NCBI GenBank assembly: GCA_043826355.1 | Contig: JBDRQI010000003.1 | Span: 7,440 to 71,439, forward strand | Origin: Candidatus Omnitrophota bacterium | GTDB taxonomy: Bacteria; Ratteibacteria; UBA8468; MWAK01 | Direction of reading: 5' to 3' | DNA length: 64,000 bases | In this document: in pieces, positions 51,424 to 61,354 of the stretch | Layout of the letters: every line of letters begins with the position of its first letter | Numbering within the stretch: position 1 is the first letter of the stretch | Notes under the pieces: generated by a model | Told to the model about the DNA's origin: nothing | What the model saw: only the letters and a program-made list of their open reading frames with translations | Databases searched by the model: none | Program-made: the position numbers and the translations under genes

Positions 51424-53130
51424 CTAGTCCAGCCCGGTAGCCGAAATCACTTCGTCGTAAGTAGTTATCCCTTTTTTTACCTTAATTAATCCGTCTTCAC
51501 CCATAGTGCGCATACCGGAACGGCGGGCGGCGAGCCTTATTTCACTGCTGGGTGCTTTACGCAAAACCAACTGTCGTATTTCATCGTTTACAATAAAGAT
51601 TTCAAATATTCCTTTTCGGCCGCGGAAACCGGTATTGTTGCAACTTTCACAACCACCGGGTCGGCAGACGTCAACCTTTTCATCCGGTCCTATTCTCAAA
51701 ATTTCTTTCTCTGCCTCGGTCGGCTGATCGTGAACTTTACAGGAGGGACAGAGGATTCGGACCAGGCGCTGGGCCATCACACCCTGAAGCGAAGAAGCCA
51801 CCAGAAAAGGCGCGGTTCCAAGGTCAATCAACCGGGTGGCGGCTGCGGTGGCATCATTGGTGTGTAACGTGGAAAAAACCAGGTGGCCGGTCAGGGCGGC
51901 GCGTAAAGCGATATCCGCCGTTTCGAAATCACGAATCTCACCAACCAGGATTACATCCGGCGCCTGACGCAAAAGGCTGCGCAGAATCAAGGAAAAAGTC
52001 AGACCTATTTCGGTCCGCACCGGGGTTTGATTAATTCCTTCGATCTGGTATTCAACCGGTTCTTCCACGGTCATAAGTTTACGGTCTGTGGTGTTAAGCG
52101 ATGAGAGTGAAGTATAAAGAGTCGTTGTCTTACCGCTTCCGGTTGGCCCGGTTACCAGAACGATTCCTCCGGAATAACGGAGTAATTCGTTCCACTTTGC
52201 TTCATCTTCGGTCAAAAATCCCAGCTGGTTCATGTTTAGCAACATTGAACTTTTATCCAGGATTCTCATTACGATGCTCTCACCGTAAATCCCCGGCAAA
52301 GAACTGACTCGCAAATCAATCTGCCGACCGCCGGCCCGAATCATAATCCGGCCGTCTTGAGGCAACCGTTTTTCGGCCAGGTCCATTCCCGCCATCAGTT
52401 TAAACCGGGCAATTAAAGAACTCTGGAGAATACGCGGTGGGCTGATGGTTTCGTGAAGAACGCCGTCAATCCGGTAACGAATCCGGAACAGATCCTCCAG
52501 AGGTTCAACGTGAATATCGCTGGAACGTTTGTTGAGGGCATCGGTAATAATTGCGTTTGCCAACCGGATGACCGGTGCCTCCATAGCATCTTCCTGTCCT
52601 TCTTGTGGCTTGCCGACCGCAGTGAGGCTTTCTTCATTAACTTCTCCGGTATAACCCTTGTCCACCTTCCCTAAAATAGAAATAAAATCTTCTTTTTCCA
52701 GGCCGTAAAACTTACCTAAAAAAGTTTTAATGCTCTCGCTGTCGGTAATTTCCAGCTTTAGCTTAGTCACGTTCAGGAAGATTTTCAGGTTGTCAATAAC
52801 CAGGTAGTTTAACGGTTCATCGGTTGCTAAAACCAGCGTTTCGCCATCAAGTTCAATCGGCACAACATGGTGCTCCCGGGCAAAACTGGAGGTCACTTTT
52901 TCAATAACATCCGGGGGTATTTCGGAAAAAGCCAGCGGCGCCGGGGTTATTCCGATCTGAGACAATAAAGAAACACTGGATCCTGACCCGGCAAGGTAGC
53001 CCAAATCATTCAACACCTTCTTGATCGACCCGGATTTCCGCAACTGCTCTTTGACTGCCGCATCTATCTGCTTACGGTTTAAAAATCCGATATTTTCAAT
53101 AACCCGGAGAATTTTGCTGGCGGTATGCAT
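51424..53130 (-). CDS. pilB: T2SS/T4P assembly ATPase GspE/PilB family (copy 1)
   Basis: 568 aa; GspE_N N-domain, Walker A GPTGSGKTT, tetracysteine CPSCK…CESC. Confidence 0.85.
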   Translation of the reverse strand: MHTASKILRVIENIGFLNRKQIDAAVKEQLRKSGSIKKVLNDLGYLAGSGSSVSLLSQIGITPAPLAFSEIPPDVIEKVTSSFAREHHVVPIELDGETLVLATDEPLNYLVIDNLKIFLNVTKLKLEITDSESIKTFLGKFYGLEKEDFISILGKVDKGYTGEVNEESLTAVGKPQEGQEDAMEAPVIRLANAIITDALNKRSSDIHVEPLEDLFRIRYRIDGVLHETISPPRILQSSLIARFKLMAGMDLAEKRLPQDGRIMIRAGGRQIDLRVSSLPGIYGESIVMRILDKSSMLLNMNQLGFLTEDEAKWNELLRYSGGIVLVTGPTGSGKTTTLYTSLSSLNTTDRKLMTVEEPVEYQIEGINQTPVRTEIGLTFSLILRSLLRQAPDVILVGEIRDFETADIALRAALTGHLVFSTLHTNDATAAATRLIDLGTAPFLVASSLQGVMAQRLVRILCPSCKVHDQPTEAEKEILRIGPDEKVDVCRPGGCESCNNTGFRGRKGIFEIFIVNDEIRQLVLRKAPSSEIRLAARRSGMRTMGEDGLIKVKKGITTYDEVISATGLD

Positions 53131-53180
53131 AATATTATTTAATGGTAATTGTTTATTTTTGTCAAGACCCAGGTGTCATT

Positions 53181-54854
53181 TCACATTCGTTCCGGCGCGT
53201 ATACATTAAGCAAGAAAAGTCCTTTCTTTAAAACACTCGCTAAACCTGAAACCAGCGACAACCGGGCCAGGGACAGGTTTGCATCGGGACCGACTATTTG
53301 GCAACGTTGGTAATACTGGTGGAAGGTTTTTACCAGCGCAAGAAGGTAAGTCAGCAGGATTTGCGGCTCCAAATTTTGCGCCGCCATTAGAACCGACGGG
53401 CCAAATCGGCTTAGCGTTAACATTAACTCCAACTCCTCCGGTTCCTGAAGTAAACTTAAATCAATCTTTTCCGGGTCAAGGCTGACACCGGGCATCTTTT
53501 CCTGCTGATACCGGAAGATGGAGGTGATGCGCGCCGTCGCATACTGCAGGTAAAAAACGGGGTTTTCGGCGGAATCCTTTTTGGCCAGCTGCAGATCAAA
53601 ATCAAGGTGGCTATTGGCTTTCCGGGAGAGAAAGAAAAACCTGGTCACGTCCGGGGACAATTCTTCCGTTAAAACAGAAAGGGGTAAAAATTCTCCCCGG
53701 CGTGTTGACATTTTCAATTTTTCCTCACCCCGAAAGAGGGTTGTTAACTGAACAATAACAATCTTGATTTTCTCCGGGTTAAAACCTAAAAAGGAAACGC
53801 CTGCTTTTAAACGGCTCATATAACCATAATGGTCCGGACCCCAAAGATTTATAATCAGGTCATATCCTTTTTGAAACTTAACCCGATGGTACGCCAAATC
53901 CGGAGCCAGGTAAGTATACGAACCGTCTTTCTTGCGTAAAACCCGGTCTTTATCGTCACCGAAAGGAGTGGTCTTCAGGAAAAGAGCGCCTTCGGAAACA
54001 TAGGTCACGCCCAACTTTTCCAAAATGCGTAGAGTTTCCAGAACCAGACCCTGTTCGGTCAACTCACGCTGGCTCTGATACGAGTCAAAAACAACCCCGA
54101 AATTAAGCAAGTCGCGCTTGATAACTTTCAGAATTTCCTGTATTGCCGCCCGGCTAAAAAATTCAGGCTCCTTCTCCTTTACGGCCGAGCCGAATTCCGA
54201 TACCAGTTTCTGCGCGATGGAAACCAGGTATTCACCCTGGTAACCATCTTCCGAAATCCGCAGTTCTTCCCCGGAAAGCATCCGACAGCGAACCTTCAGG
54301 GATTCACCCAGAAGGTCGATTTGGCGGCCTTCGTCATTCAGGTAATATTCTTTGGTGACCTGGTAACCGCTGTGGGACAGGATTCGGCCGAGCGCCTCAC
54401 CAAAAGCAGCCTGTCTTCCGTGGGCGATCGTCAGGGGTCCGGTCGGGTTTGCGCTTACAAATTCCAATAAGACTTTTTTACCCTGACCAATATCTGCAAC
54501 ACCGGCTTCATTATTTTCAATAATTAACCTCAACTCCTCCTGCAACGCTTTCGGATTAAGGTGAAAATTCAGAAAAACAGGAAGAACAACGTCAATTTTT
54601 TTTATAAACAAACAACCCCGGTTTTTTAAAACTGTGCCCAGCGCATGGGAAAATTCCCGAAACAATCTCTCCCGCGGCAGGGTAGAGGGTATCCGGCTCA
54701 GAATCGGAGTGCAGTACTCTCCGTATCCTCTTTCCCGGGGAATGGTAACGTCATTCTTTTGTACTAAATAATCTTGCGTAAAAATTTCCTTCCTGCGAAA
54801 AATATCAACCGTTTCCTGCAAAGCATCCGCCAGTTGTTGAATTATATCGGTCAT
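53181..54854 (-). CDS. argS: Arginine--tRNA ligase
   Basis: 557 aa; class I HIGH-region (…ANPTGPLTIAHGR…), anticodon-binding DALR C-terminus. Confidence 0.9.
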   Translation of the reverse strand: MTDIIQQLADALQETVDIFRRKEIFTQDYLVQKNDVTIPRERGYGEYCTPILSRIPSTLPRERLFREFSHALGTVLKNRGCLFIKKIDVVLPVFLNFHLNPKALQEELRLIIENNEAGVADIGQGKKVLLEFVSANPTGPLTIAHGRQAAFGEALGRILSHSGYQVTKEYYLNDEGRQIDLLGESLKVRCRMLSGEELRISEDGYQGEYLVSIAQKLVSEFGSAVKEKEPEFFSRAAIQEILKVIKRDLLNFGVVFDSYQSQRELTEQGLVLETLRILEKLGVTYVSEGALFLKTTPFGDDKDRVLRKKDGSYTYLAPDLAYHRVKFQKGYDLIINLWGPDHYGYMSRLKAGVSFLGFNPEKIKIVIVQLTTLFRGEEKLKMSTRRGEFLPLSVLTEELSPDVTRFFFLSRKANSHLDFDLQLAKKDSAENPVFYLQYATARITSIFRYQQEKMPGVSLDPEKIDLSLLQEPEELELMLTLSRFGPSVLMAAQNLEPQILLTYLLALVKTFHQYYQRCQIVGPDANLSLARLSLVSGLASVLKKGLFLLNVYAPERM

Positions 54855-55204
54855 AATTTCTTCGATTCCGTCTTTAAGCTGTCCAGGATCTCTTCCACTT
54901 TTTCCACCCGGAGCAGTTCTTCATCCAGGACGAATTCAATCTCCGGTTGAAAACGCAGGCGAAGATTGCGAGCCAGGGCGCGTTTTAGTGTCGGTTTGTT
55001 CTGCGTCAATATCTTTTCGGCCTGAATGCGTTCCACCTCGCTCCCGATGGAAGTAAAATAAACCCTGGCGTTACGTAAATCCGCAGAGATGGTAACCTGG
55101 GTAATGTTTATCTTCCATCCTTCAGGGTCCGGTATTTCCTTTTGGAGAGATTCCGCCAGAATGCGGTGAATTTTGCCGGCTACTCTTAACGGTCTGTGCT
55201 TCAT
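54851..55204 (-). CDS. rbfA: Ribosome-binding factor A
   Basis: 117 aa; …RVAGKIHRILAE… and …VTISADLRNARVYF… RbfA KH-like blocks. Confidence 0.8.
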   Translation of the reverse strand: MKHRPLRVAGKIHRILAESLQKEIPDPEGWKINITQVTISADLRNARVYFTSIGSEVERIQAEKILTQNKPTLKRALARNLRLRFQPEIEFVLDEELLRVEKVEEILDSLKTESKKL

Positions 55205-55386
55205 TTTAATGCCAATTTAAAAACAGCCACAAAGTACGGCGAAAGTTATCAAGGATTTTAAACCCTGCGCCTGTATGCCTTTTTTTGTTCTTCACTATGT
55301 GCCTCAATATCTTTGTGCCTAACTTATTTCCCTTTTGTTTGATTATTATAGTATAATTTAAGTGATTTTGACAAAAGAAAACGGCT

Positions 55387-57483
55387 ATGAAAAAAAGAAT
55401 CCTAAGAGAGATAGCGGCTTTTGCATATGGCACCATCGGTCTTTTCTTAATCATCTCGCTGTTTTCTTACTCGGCCTTTGACCCCACTTTTTCCTTCTTC
55501 ACCAACTATCCGGTCAGCTTCGCGCCCCAGAACCTGGGAGGTTACGCCGGTTCGTTTCTGGCCGGTTTTCTCCTGAATATCTTTGGTTGGCCGGCCTTTC
55601 TTTTTCCGATTGCCCTATTCTTTTACGCCTATCAAACCTATCAAAAAGAAGAAGTTGTTCCGCCGGAACGGGTCGTCTTCGTCTGTCTCGCGGTAATTAT
55701 TGCCGGCGGGCTTCTGGGTCATCTTGCCGATCCGGTGATTTTGGAAAACTTGACACCGTCCGGAAGAAACTTTGCCTCTTTTCCGGCCGGCGGAATTCTG
55801 GGTTATTTTCTGGCCGAACACGGGAGAAACCTCTTTGGAAAAACCGGCCTGGTAATTATTCTTCTGGCGGCTTTAATTGTTCTGCTTTCCGTAACCTTCA
55901 ACATCCCTCTTTCCCGATTCAAACGGAAATTTCAATTCGAAAGCACCATCCGGCCAGCAATAAAAAAAGAGGGTTTAATAGAAAAAGAACCGGTTTTTGT
56001 GCCGGCGACAAAACTGGAAGCGCCGAAGGTCAATCCGTCAAAAATACGCGCCCGGAAGGAACGTGACAAAAAGCGGGAGGAAACGCCGACCGCCATAACG
56101 CCTGTTTCCACCATCTTCACCCTGCCAACCCCGGACATTCTTTCTCCGGTTGTTTCCGAAGAACAGGCCAATCTTGACCTTGACCGTTATCGGAGCGTAA
56201 TTGAAGATACTATCGCGGATTTTGGAATTATGGTAAAAGTAGTGGAATGCAACCAGGGACCCACCATCACGATGTTTGAACTGGAACTTTCGCCCGGGGT
56301 CATGCCGCAGCGCATCGTCAGCCTTTCTGATAATCTGGCAATGGCTTTGCGGGCAACCAGCGTACGCGTAGTGCCGCTGCCCGGAAAATCTACCCTGGGC
56401 GTAGAGGTCCCCAACCCTAAAATGTCCATCGTCCAAATATCGGAAATAATCACCGCGCCGGAGTTCGTCCAGCACCGTTCCAAACTGGCCCTGGCCCTGG
56501 GAAAAGATACGCTTGGCCGGCCGCTGGTCGCGGATCTGCGCAATATGCCCCATCTTTTGATTGCCGGCGCCACCGGCAGCGGCAAAAGCGTCTGTCTGAA
56601 CAGTCTTTTACTCTCCCTTCTTTTCCGGACCACTCCGGAAGAAACCCAGTTCCTGCTCATCGACCCGAAAATGGTGGAAATGACCATTTACCGGGATATT
56701 CCGCACCTGCTTCTCCCGGTCATTACGGAAACTAAAAGCGCCATTGAGGCCCTGAAATGGATGGTGGGGGAAATGGAAAGGCGCTACCGGCTCTTTTCCC
56801 AGAACAATGCCCGCAGTATCGATATTTATAACAACCGTGAAGTGGAGCGTATTCCATATATTGTAGTGGTGGTAGACGAACTGGCCGATTTAATCACGAC
56901 AGCACGCACCGATGTAGAGTTAAGCATCATTCGGCTTTCCCAGTTAGCGCGTTCCGCCGGTATCCACCTCATTATCGCAACCCAGCGGCCTTCGGTTAAT
57001 GTCATTACCGGAGTAATCAAAGCCAATTTCCCGGTCCGAATCGCTTTTCAGGTAGCCTCCAAAGTTGACAGCCGGACCATTCTCGATGCTAACGGCGCCG
57101 AAAAACTTCTGGGGCGAGGGGATATGCTTTACCTTTCGCCGGCCGGGCTCCATCCCACCAGGGCTCAAGGTTGTTACCTGCCGGATTCCGAAATTGAAAA
57201 GGTAAGCGAATTCTGGAAAAAACAAGGCAAGGGTCCCACCTATGATTTGGATTTTATCCGGGAGAGCAACGGGGAAGAAGGCTCCGAACAATTTACCGGT
57301 GAAGACCCGCTTTTTAAAGAAGCGGTTCAGATTGTCCTGACACACCAGTCCGCTTCCATTTCGCTCCTGCAAAGAAGGCTTAAGATTGGTTTTAACCGCG
57401 CCGCCCGACTGATTGAGGAGATGGAAAGCCAGGGTATTGTGAGTCCGTACCGAGACGGCAAGCCACGGGAAATCCTCCGTTGA
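55387..57483 (+). CDS. ftsK: DNA translocase FtsK/SpoIIIE
   Basis: N-terminal TM domain, motor domain Walker A AGATGSGKS, C-terminal gamma winged-helix; 698 aa. Confidence 0.9.
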   Translation: MKKRILREIAAFAYGTIGLFLIISLFSYSAFDPTFSFFTNYPVSFAPQNLGGYAGSFLAGFLLNIFGWPAFLFPIALFFYAYQTYQKEEVVPPERVVFVCLAVIIAGGLLGHLADPVILENLTPSGRNFASFPAGGILGYFLAEHGRNLFGKTGLVIILLAALIVLLSVTFNIPLSRFKRKFQFESTIRPAIKKEGLIEKEPVFVPATKLEAPKVNPSKIRARKERDKKREETPTAITPVSTIFTLPTPDILSPVVSEEQANLDLDRYRSVIEDTIADFGIMVKVVECNQGPTITMFELELSPGVMPQRIVSLSDNLAMALRATSVRVVPLPGKSTLGVEVPNPKMSIVQISEIITAPEFVQHRSKLALALGKDTLGRPLVADLRNMPHLLIAGATGSGKSVCLNSLLLSLLFRTTPEETQFLLIDPKMVEMTIYRDIPHLLLPVITETKSAIEALKWMVGEMERRYRLFSQNNARSIDIYNNREVERIPYIVVVVDELADLITTARTDVELSIIRLSQLARSAGIHLIIATQRPSVNVITGVIKANFPVRIAFQVASKVDSRTILDANGAEKLLGRGDMLYLSPAGLHPTRAQGCYLPDSEIEKVSEFWKKQGKGPTYDLDFIRESNGEEGSEQFTGEDPLFKEAVQIVLTHQSASISLLQRRLKIGFNRAARLIEEMESQGIVSPYRDGKPREILR

Positions 57484-57486
57484 TTT

Positions 57487-58113
57487 CTACGGAATATTTT
57501 CTAAATCAAACACGAAATCCAGTGGTGCCTCCTCTGGTTTTATGATCCGCAAAGTAATTTTACCCTTATCCGATAATATATCGGCCGAAAAATATAACTT
57601 TTGCTGACTGAATATCATATATTCTCTTGCCATGTCATACCCCCGGTGAAATGTCTCAAGAATCGGGACCTCCCGGTCATCTTTCAAAATCACCGCCTTG
57701 TAATCACGGTCAAAAAAGTCATTCATGCTGTAAAGGGTAACTTCAAAATAAGGTTCTTTGTGTTTTTCCGCGCAAAGACGACAGATAACTTCGGTATCCA
57801 TCTCAGAATTATCCCTGGCCGAGTTTCGGGCCATCAAAGCCAGACAGTAATAAGGCGTAAAAATGGTCGCGCTTCCCTTGCCGTGGTCGTAACCCAAAAA
57901 GACGGTCCAGGGTTTTTTAAAATCAACCAGTAAATCGTCTTTGTGTTTTTTCCCATAATCAATTGCCGCGCTGATTTCTGCGGCGATCATTGCGGGGGGC
58001 ACATTCGGCGCCGTGGCGATCTCTTTTTTAACGGATTTTTTATGCGCCAGAATAGCCACCAGCACTCCTGCAATCACAACTGTAATAATCACCGTTAACC
58101 ATCTTATTTTCAT
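57487..58113 (-). CDS. Hypothetical membrane-anchored protein
   Basis: Single N-terminal TM (…WLTVIITVVIAGVLVAILA…), no recognised motif; convergent with ftsK, co-directional with cca. Confidence 0.4.
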   Translation of the reverse strand: MKIRWLTVIITVVIAGVLVAILAHKKSVKKEIATAPNVPPAMIAAEISAAIDYGKKHKDDLLVDFKKPWTVFLGYDHGKGSATIFTPYYCLALMARNSARDNSEMDTEVICRLCAEKHKEPYFEVTLYSMNDFFDRDYKAVILKDDREVPILETFHRGYDMAREYMIFSQQKLYFSADILSDKGKITLRIIKPEEAPLDFVFDLENIP

Positions 58114-59525
58114 CCCTCCTCCAATTTTTGCGCGGGCAATAAAACAAATCGCTTTTTTTCGCTTACCAGATACTTTTTCAAATCACGTTTCCGGTTGGGA
58201 ATTTCACCCTCTAAAACCAGGCGTTCCAGCTCCGATTTAACCTTGCCTACCAACGGACCGGCTTTAATCTCCAATAATTTCATGATTTCGTTACCGTTAA
58301 TAGCCAGGCTAAAGACCGCGGTCCGCTGTTCCTTTTTCCATTCCCGGATCTTGTTTTCCAAATCGGCTATGTCGGCCAGACCTTTGCGGACTTTTCCTTC
58401 GTTGTTACTGGTCAGGTCCGCGGCGGCTAAAACAAAAAGGCTTTTCAGGTCTTTACCGCAATCTTTGACCAGGTGGTTTATCGCCCGCTTGCTGGCGCCT
58501 TCTTCATTTACTCCGGCGCCGGCCAGATAATGGGGTCGAAGATGAAGTTCGATCAATTTATAAACTTTTTCCCGGACCGGATTTCCGATATTGAACCGCC
58601 GCGTCACCTCCAGCCAGATTCTGGCGCCCTTAATTGGATGGTCATGAAAAGCCCAGCCTTCTCCCGGAATAAACTGCTGGGTAACCGGCTTGCCGACATC
58701 ATGAAAGAGCGCGGCCAACCGGGTAGTCAAGTCCTTCGTCCGACGGCTGACCCGGTCCAGAACAATCAGGGTGTGGCGGAAAACATCCTTGCAATTGCGG
58801 TCATCGGCCGCCACTACGTTCTTCAGGTTTTCAATCTCCGGCAAAATCAGCGGTAAAAGTTGCAGATGGTCCAGCAAAACTATGCCGGCGGCCGGCTGCG
58901 GTATATCCATGGTCCGCAAAAACTCATCGGCAATTCGTTCCCGGCTCACAATCTTCAGGCGCTCCCGGTTACGGATTATCGCCGCTTCGGTCTGAGGATG
59001 AATTACAAAATTCAAACGGCTGGCAAAACGAACTGCCCGCAACATCCGCAAAGGGTCATCAAAAAAAGTCTTGTCCGGATCAATTGGCGTCCGGAGTATC
59101 TTGGCCTTAATGTCTTCCCGACCCGCAAACAAATCAATCATCTTTCCGTCTTTCAGCGAAAGAGCAAGGGCGTTGATGGTAAAATCCCGCCGTTTCAGGT
59201 CATCTGTCAGTTCGGAGGCGACAATTTTCGGTTTCCGGGAATGAACCAGGTAACTCTCTTTGCGGCAGGTAGCAAACTCCAAGGTTATTTTTCCGCTCTG
59301 AAGCATGGCCGTTCCGAAGCGGCTGTAAAAGATCGGCGGTTTCAGGGAAAGAAGTTTCGCCACTTTTCCGGCAAAGATAATGGCGTCGCCTTCAATCACA
59401 AAATCAAGGTCATGGCAGGCGCGGTGCAGAATCCGGTCGCGCAGATAACCGCCGACCAGATAGACCGGCCAGTTACCCTTTTTTGCTAAATCCGAAACGG
59501 CGGCGATTATCTCTTTTTCCGTCAT
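58110..59525 (-). CDS. cca: CCA-adding tRNA nucleotidyltransferase / poly(A) polymerase family with HD domain
   Basis: …PVYLVGGYLRDRIL… pol-beta head, …AALFHDVGKP… HD motif; 471 aa. Confidence 0.85.
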   Translation of the reverse strand: MTEKEIIAAVSDLAKKGNWPVYLVGGYLRDRILHRACHDLDFVIEGDAIIFAGKVAKLLSLKPPIFYSRFGTAMLQSGKITLEFATCRKESYLVHSRKPKIVASELTDDLKRRDFTINALALSLKDGKMIDLFAGREDIKAKILRTPIDPDKTFFDDPLRMLRAVRFASRLNFVIHPQTEAAIIRNRERLKIVSRERIADEFLRTMDIPQPAAGIVLLDHLQLLPLILPEIENLKNVVAADDRNCKDVFRHTLIVLDRVSRRTKDLTTRLAALFHDVGKPVTQQFIPGEGWAFHDHPIKGARIWLEVTRRFNIGNPVREKVYKLIELHLRPHYLAGAGVNEEGASKRAINHLVKDCGKDLKSLFVLAAADLTSNNEGKVRKGLADIADLENKIREWKKEQRTAVFSLAINGNEIMKLLEIKAGPLVGKVKSELERLVLEGEIPNRKRDLKKYLVSEKKRFVLLPAQKLEEG

Positions 59526-59689
59526 ATCTTAATATTATACAACACTTTCCAAAGGATGCACTAAGGAAGTAGAAACAAATGCGCCGGGTTGAGAACTACA
59601 CTCGTCCCGGCCATTCGCCGAAGAAACAAAGAGGGTGCAACATCTGGCAGGGTTGAATTCGGCTCTCCGGGTATGTTAAAATGTGAAAC

Positions 59690-61210
59690 ATGGGACGTTT
59701 AATTAGAATTTTTGATACCACTTTACGGGATGGCGAGCAATCGCCGGGTGCAAGTCTCACCGTAGCAGACAAAATACGCATCGCCCGGCAGCTGGAACAC
59801 CTCGGCGTTGACGTTATTGAAGCCGGTTTTCCCATCTCTTCGCCGGGTGATTTCCAGTCAGTGCGGGAAGTGGGAAAGATAATTAAAAAATGCCAGGTGG
59901 CTGCGCTGGCGCGCGCCTTGCCGCAGGACATTGACGCCGGACTTAAAGCCCTGGAAACTGCGGTCAAACCCAGACTTCACGTTTTTCTGGCCACTTCCAA
60001 AATTCACCGTCAGTATAAATTAGGCAAAGCCAAGTCAGAAATTTTACGAATTGCCGTGGAAGCGGTCAGCCGCGCCCGAAAAGGTATTGCGGATGTGGAA
60101 TTTTCTCCGGAAGACGCCACCCGCACCGAACCGGAATTCCTCCTGGAAGTTGCCGAAGCGGCGGCGGAAGCCGGCGCCGGAACCATCAACATACCGGATA
60201 CCGTCGGTTACACGGTTCCGGAAGAATTCGGAAAATTAATCGTTTTCCTGCGCAGCCGTCTTGACAAAAAAATTCGGATAAGCGTTCATTGCCACAATGA
60301 CCTTGGTCTGGCGGTCGCCAACAGTTTAGCGGCCCTGGCCGCCGGCGCCGATCAGGTTGAAGTGGCCGTCAACGGCATTGGCGAACGGGCCGGCAACGCC
60401 TCGCTGGAAGAGGTTGCGGTCGGTCTTCACGTCCGGCGCGATTCCTGGAAATTGAAGATTAACATCAACCTCGCGGAAATTTACCGCACCAGTCGGCTGG
60501 TCAGTAACCTGACCGGCCTAATCGTCCAGCGAAACAAGGCGGTTGTCGGTGAAAACGCGTTTGCCCACGAGGCCGGCATCCACCAGGATGGAATCCTGAA
60601 AGACCGCCGGACCTATGAAATAATAGAACCGGCGCTAATCGGCGTCCCGGAAAGCGTGCTGGTTTTAGGCAAACATTCCGGACGGCACGCCCTGGCAAAC
60701 CGGTTGCTCCGGCTCGGTTACCGGCTCAAAGATACCGAATTGCAAAAGATATTTATTCGCTTCAAGGAATTGGCGGATAAGAAGAAGGAGGTTAACGACC
60801 AGGACCTGGTAGCGCTGATGGAAGAGGTCCTGATGCCTCTAACCGAAGTATATACCCTGGATTATCTTTCCACTGCGTCCGGAACCAATACCGTTCCTAT
60901 GGCCACGGTCCGTCTGAAAAAAGGCAAGGAAATTCTACAGGCGGTTTCCTCCGGCGACGGACCGGTGGATGCCGCCTGTCATGCGGTCGACCAGTTGACC
61001 GGTATTTCGGCGCGGCTGACCGATTACCGCATTACCGCGGTGACCGGAGGCAAAGATGCGCTCGGAGAGGCTTCCCTGAAGATTGTTATTGATGACCGGG
61101 AAATACCGGGCCGGGCGGTAAGCACCGACATCATTGAAGCCAGCGTCAAGGCATACCTGAATGCGGTTAACCGACACCTTCAAAACAAGCGCATTAGCGC
61201 CAAACAGTAG
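59690..61210 (+). CDS. leuA: 2-isopropylmalate synthase
   Basis: …DTTLRDGEQSPG…, HxH metal motif (…SVHCHNDLGLA…), C-terminal LeuA regulatory domain; 506 aa. Confidence 0.9.
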   Translation: MGRLIRIFDTTLRDGEQSPGASLTVADKIRIARQLEHLGVDVIEAGFPISSPGDFQSVREVGKIIKKCQVAALARALPQDIDAGLKALETAVKPRLHVFLATSKIHRQYKLGKAKSEILRIAVEAVSRARKGIADVEFSPEDATRTEPEFLLEVAEAAAEAGAGTINIPDTVGYTVPEEFGKLIVFLRSRLDKKIRISVHCHNDLGLAVANSLAALAAGADQVEVAVNGIGERAGNASLEEVAVGLHVRRDSWKLKININLAEIYRTSRLVSNLTGLIVQRNKAVVGENAFAHEAGIHQDGILKDRRTYEIIEPALIGVPESVLVLGKHSGRHALANRLLRLGYRLKDTELQKIFIRFKELADKKKEVNDQDLVALMEEVLMPLTEVYTLDYLSTASGTNTVPMATVRLKKGKEILQAVSSGDGPVDAACHAVDQLTGISARLTDYRITAVTGGKDALGEASLKIVIDDREIPGRAVSTDIIEASVKAYLNAVNRHLQNKRISAKQ

Positions 61211-61259
61211 GATAGGCGTCCTCATTCGCTAAAATTTCGGCGGACAAGTCTCGCCTGTC

Positions 61260-61354
61260 AAAATGCACGGGAGGGGCTATGTCCGCCTCCCGCGGGCTGA
61301 GTTTCACCAAGTCCGCCTCTGGCGGGTGGGGATTTAAATCCCGCTTCTACAAAT
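61260..61354. repeat. GC-hairpin repeat element (GGGAGGGG…CCTCCC + two further hairpins) in leuA-leuC spacer
   Basis: gggaggggctatgtccgcctccc, ccgcctctggcgg, ggggatttaaatcccgc; homologous to 4420-4504 element; ends cttctacaaatATG. Confidence 0.55.

Noticed and set aside
55206-55454. 82-aa minus-strand ORF in rbfA-ftsK divergent promoter region
   Set aside because: It is AT-rich, has no motif, and overlaps the ftsK start. It is more likely promoter DNA.
59526-59689. Possible T-box or leucine leader-peptide attenuator upstream of leuA
   Set aside because: No AGGGUGGNACCGCG T-box sequence and no Leu-codon-rich small ORF recognisable. It is only a generic hairpin.
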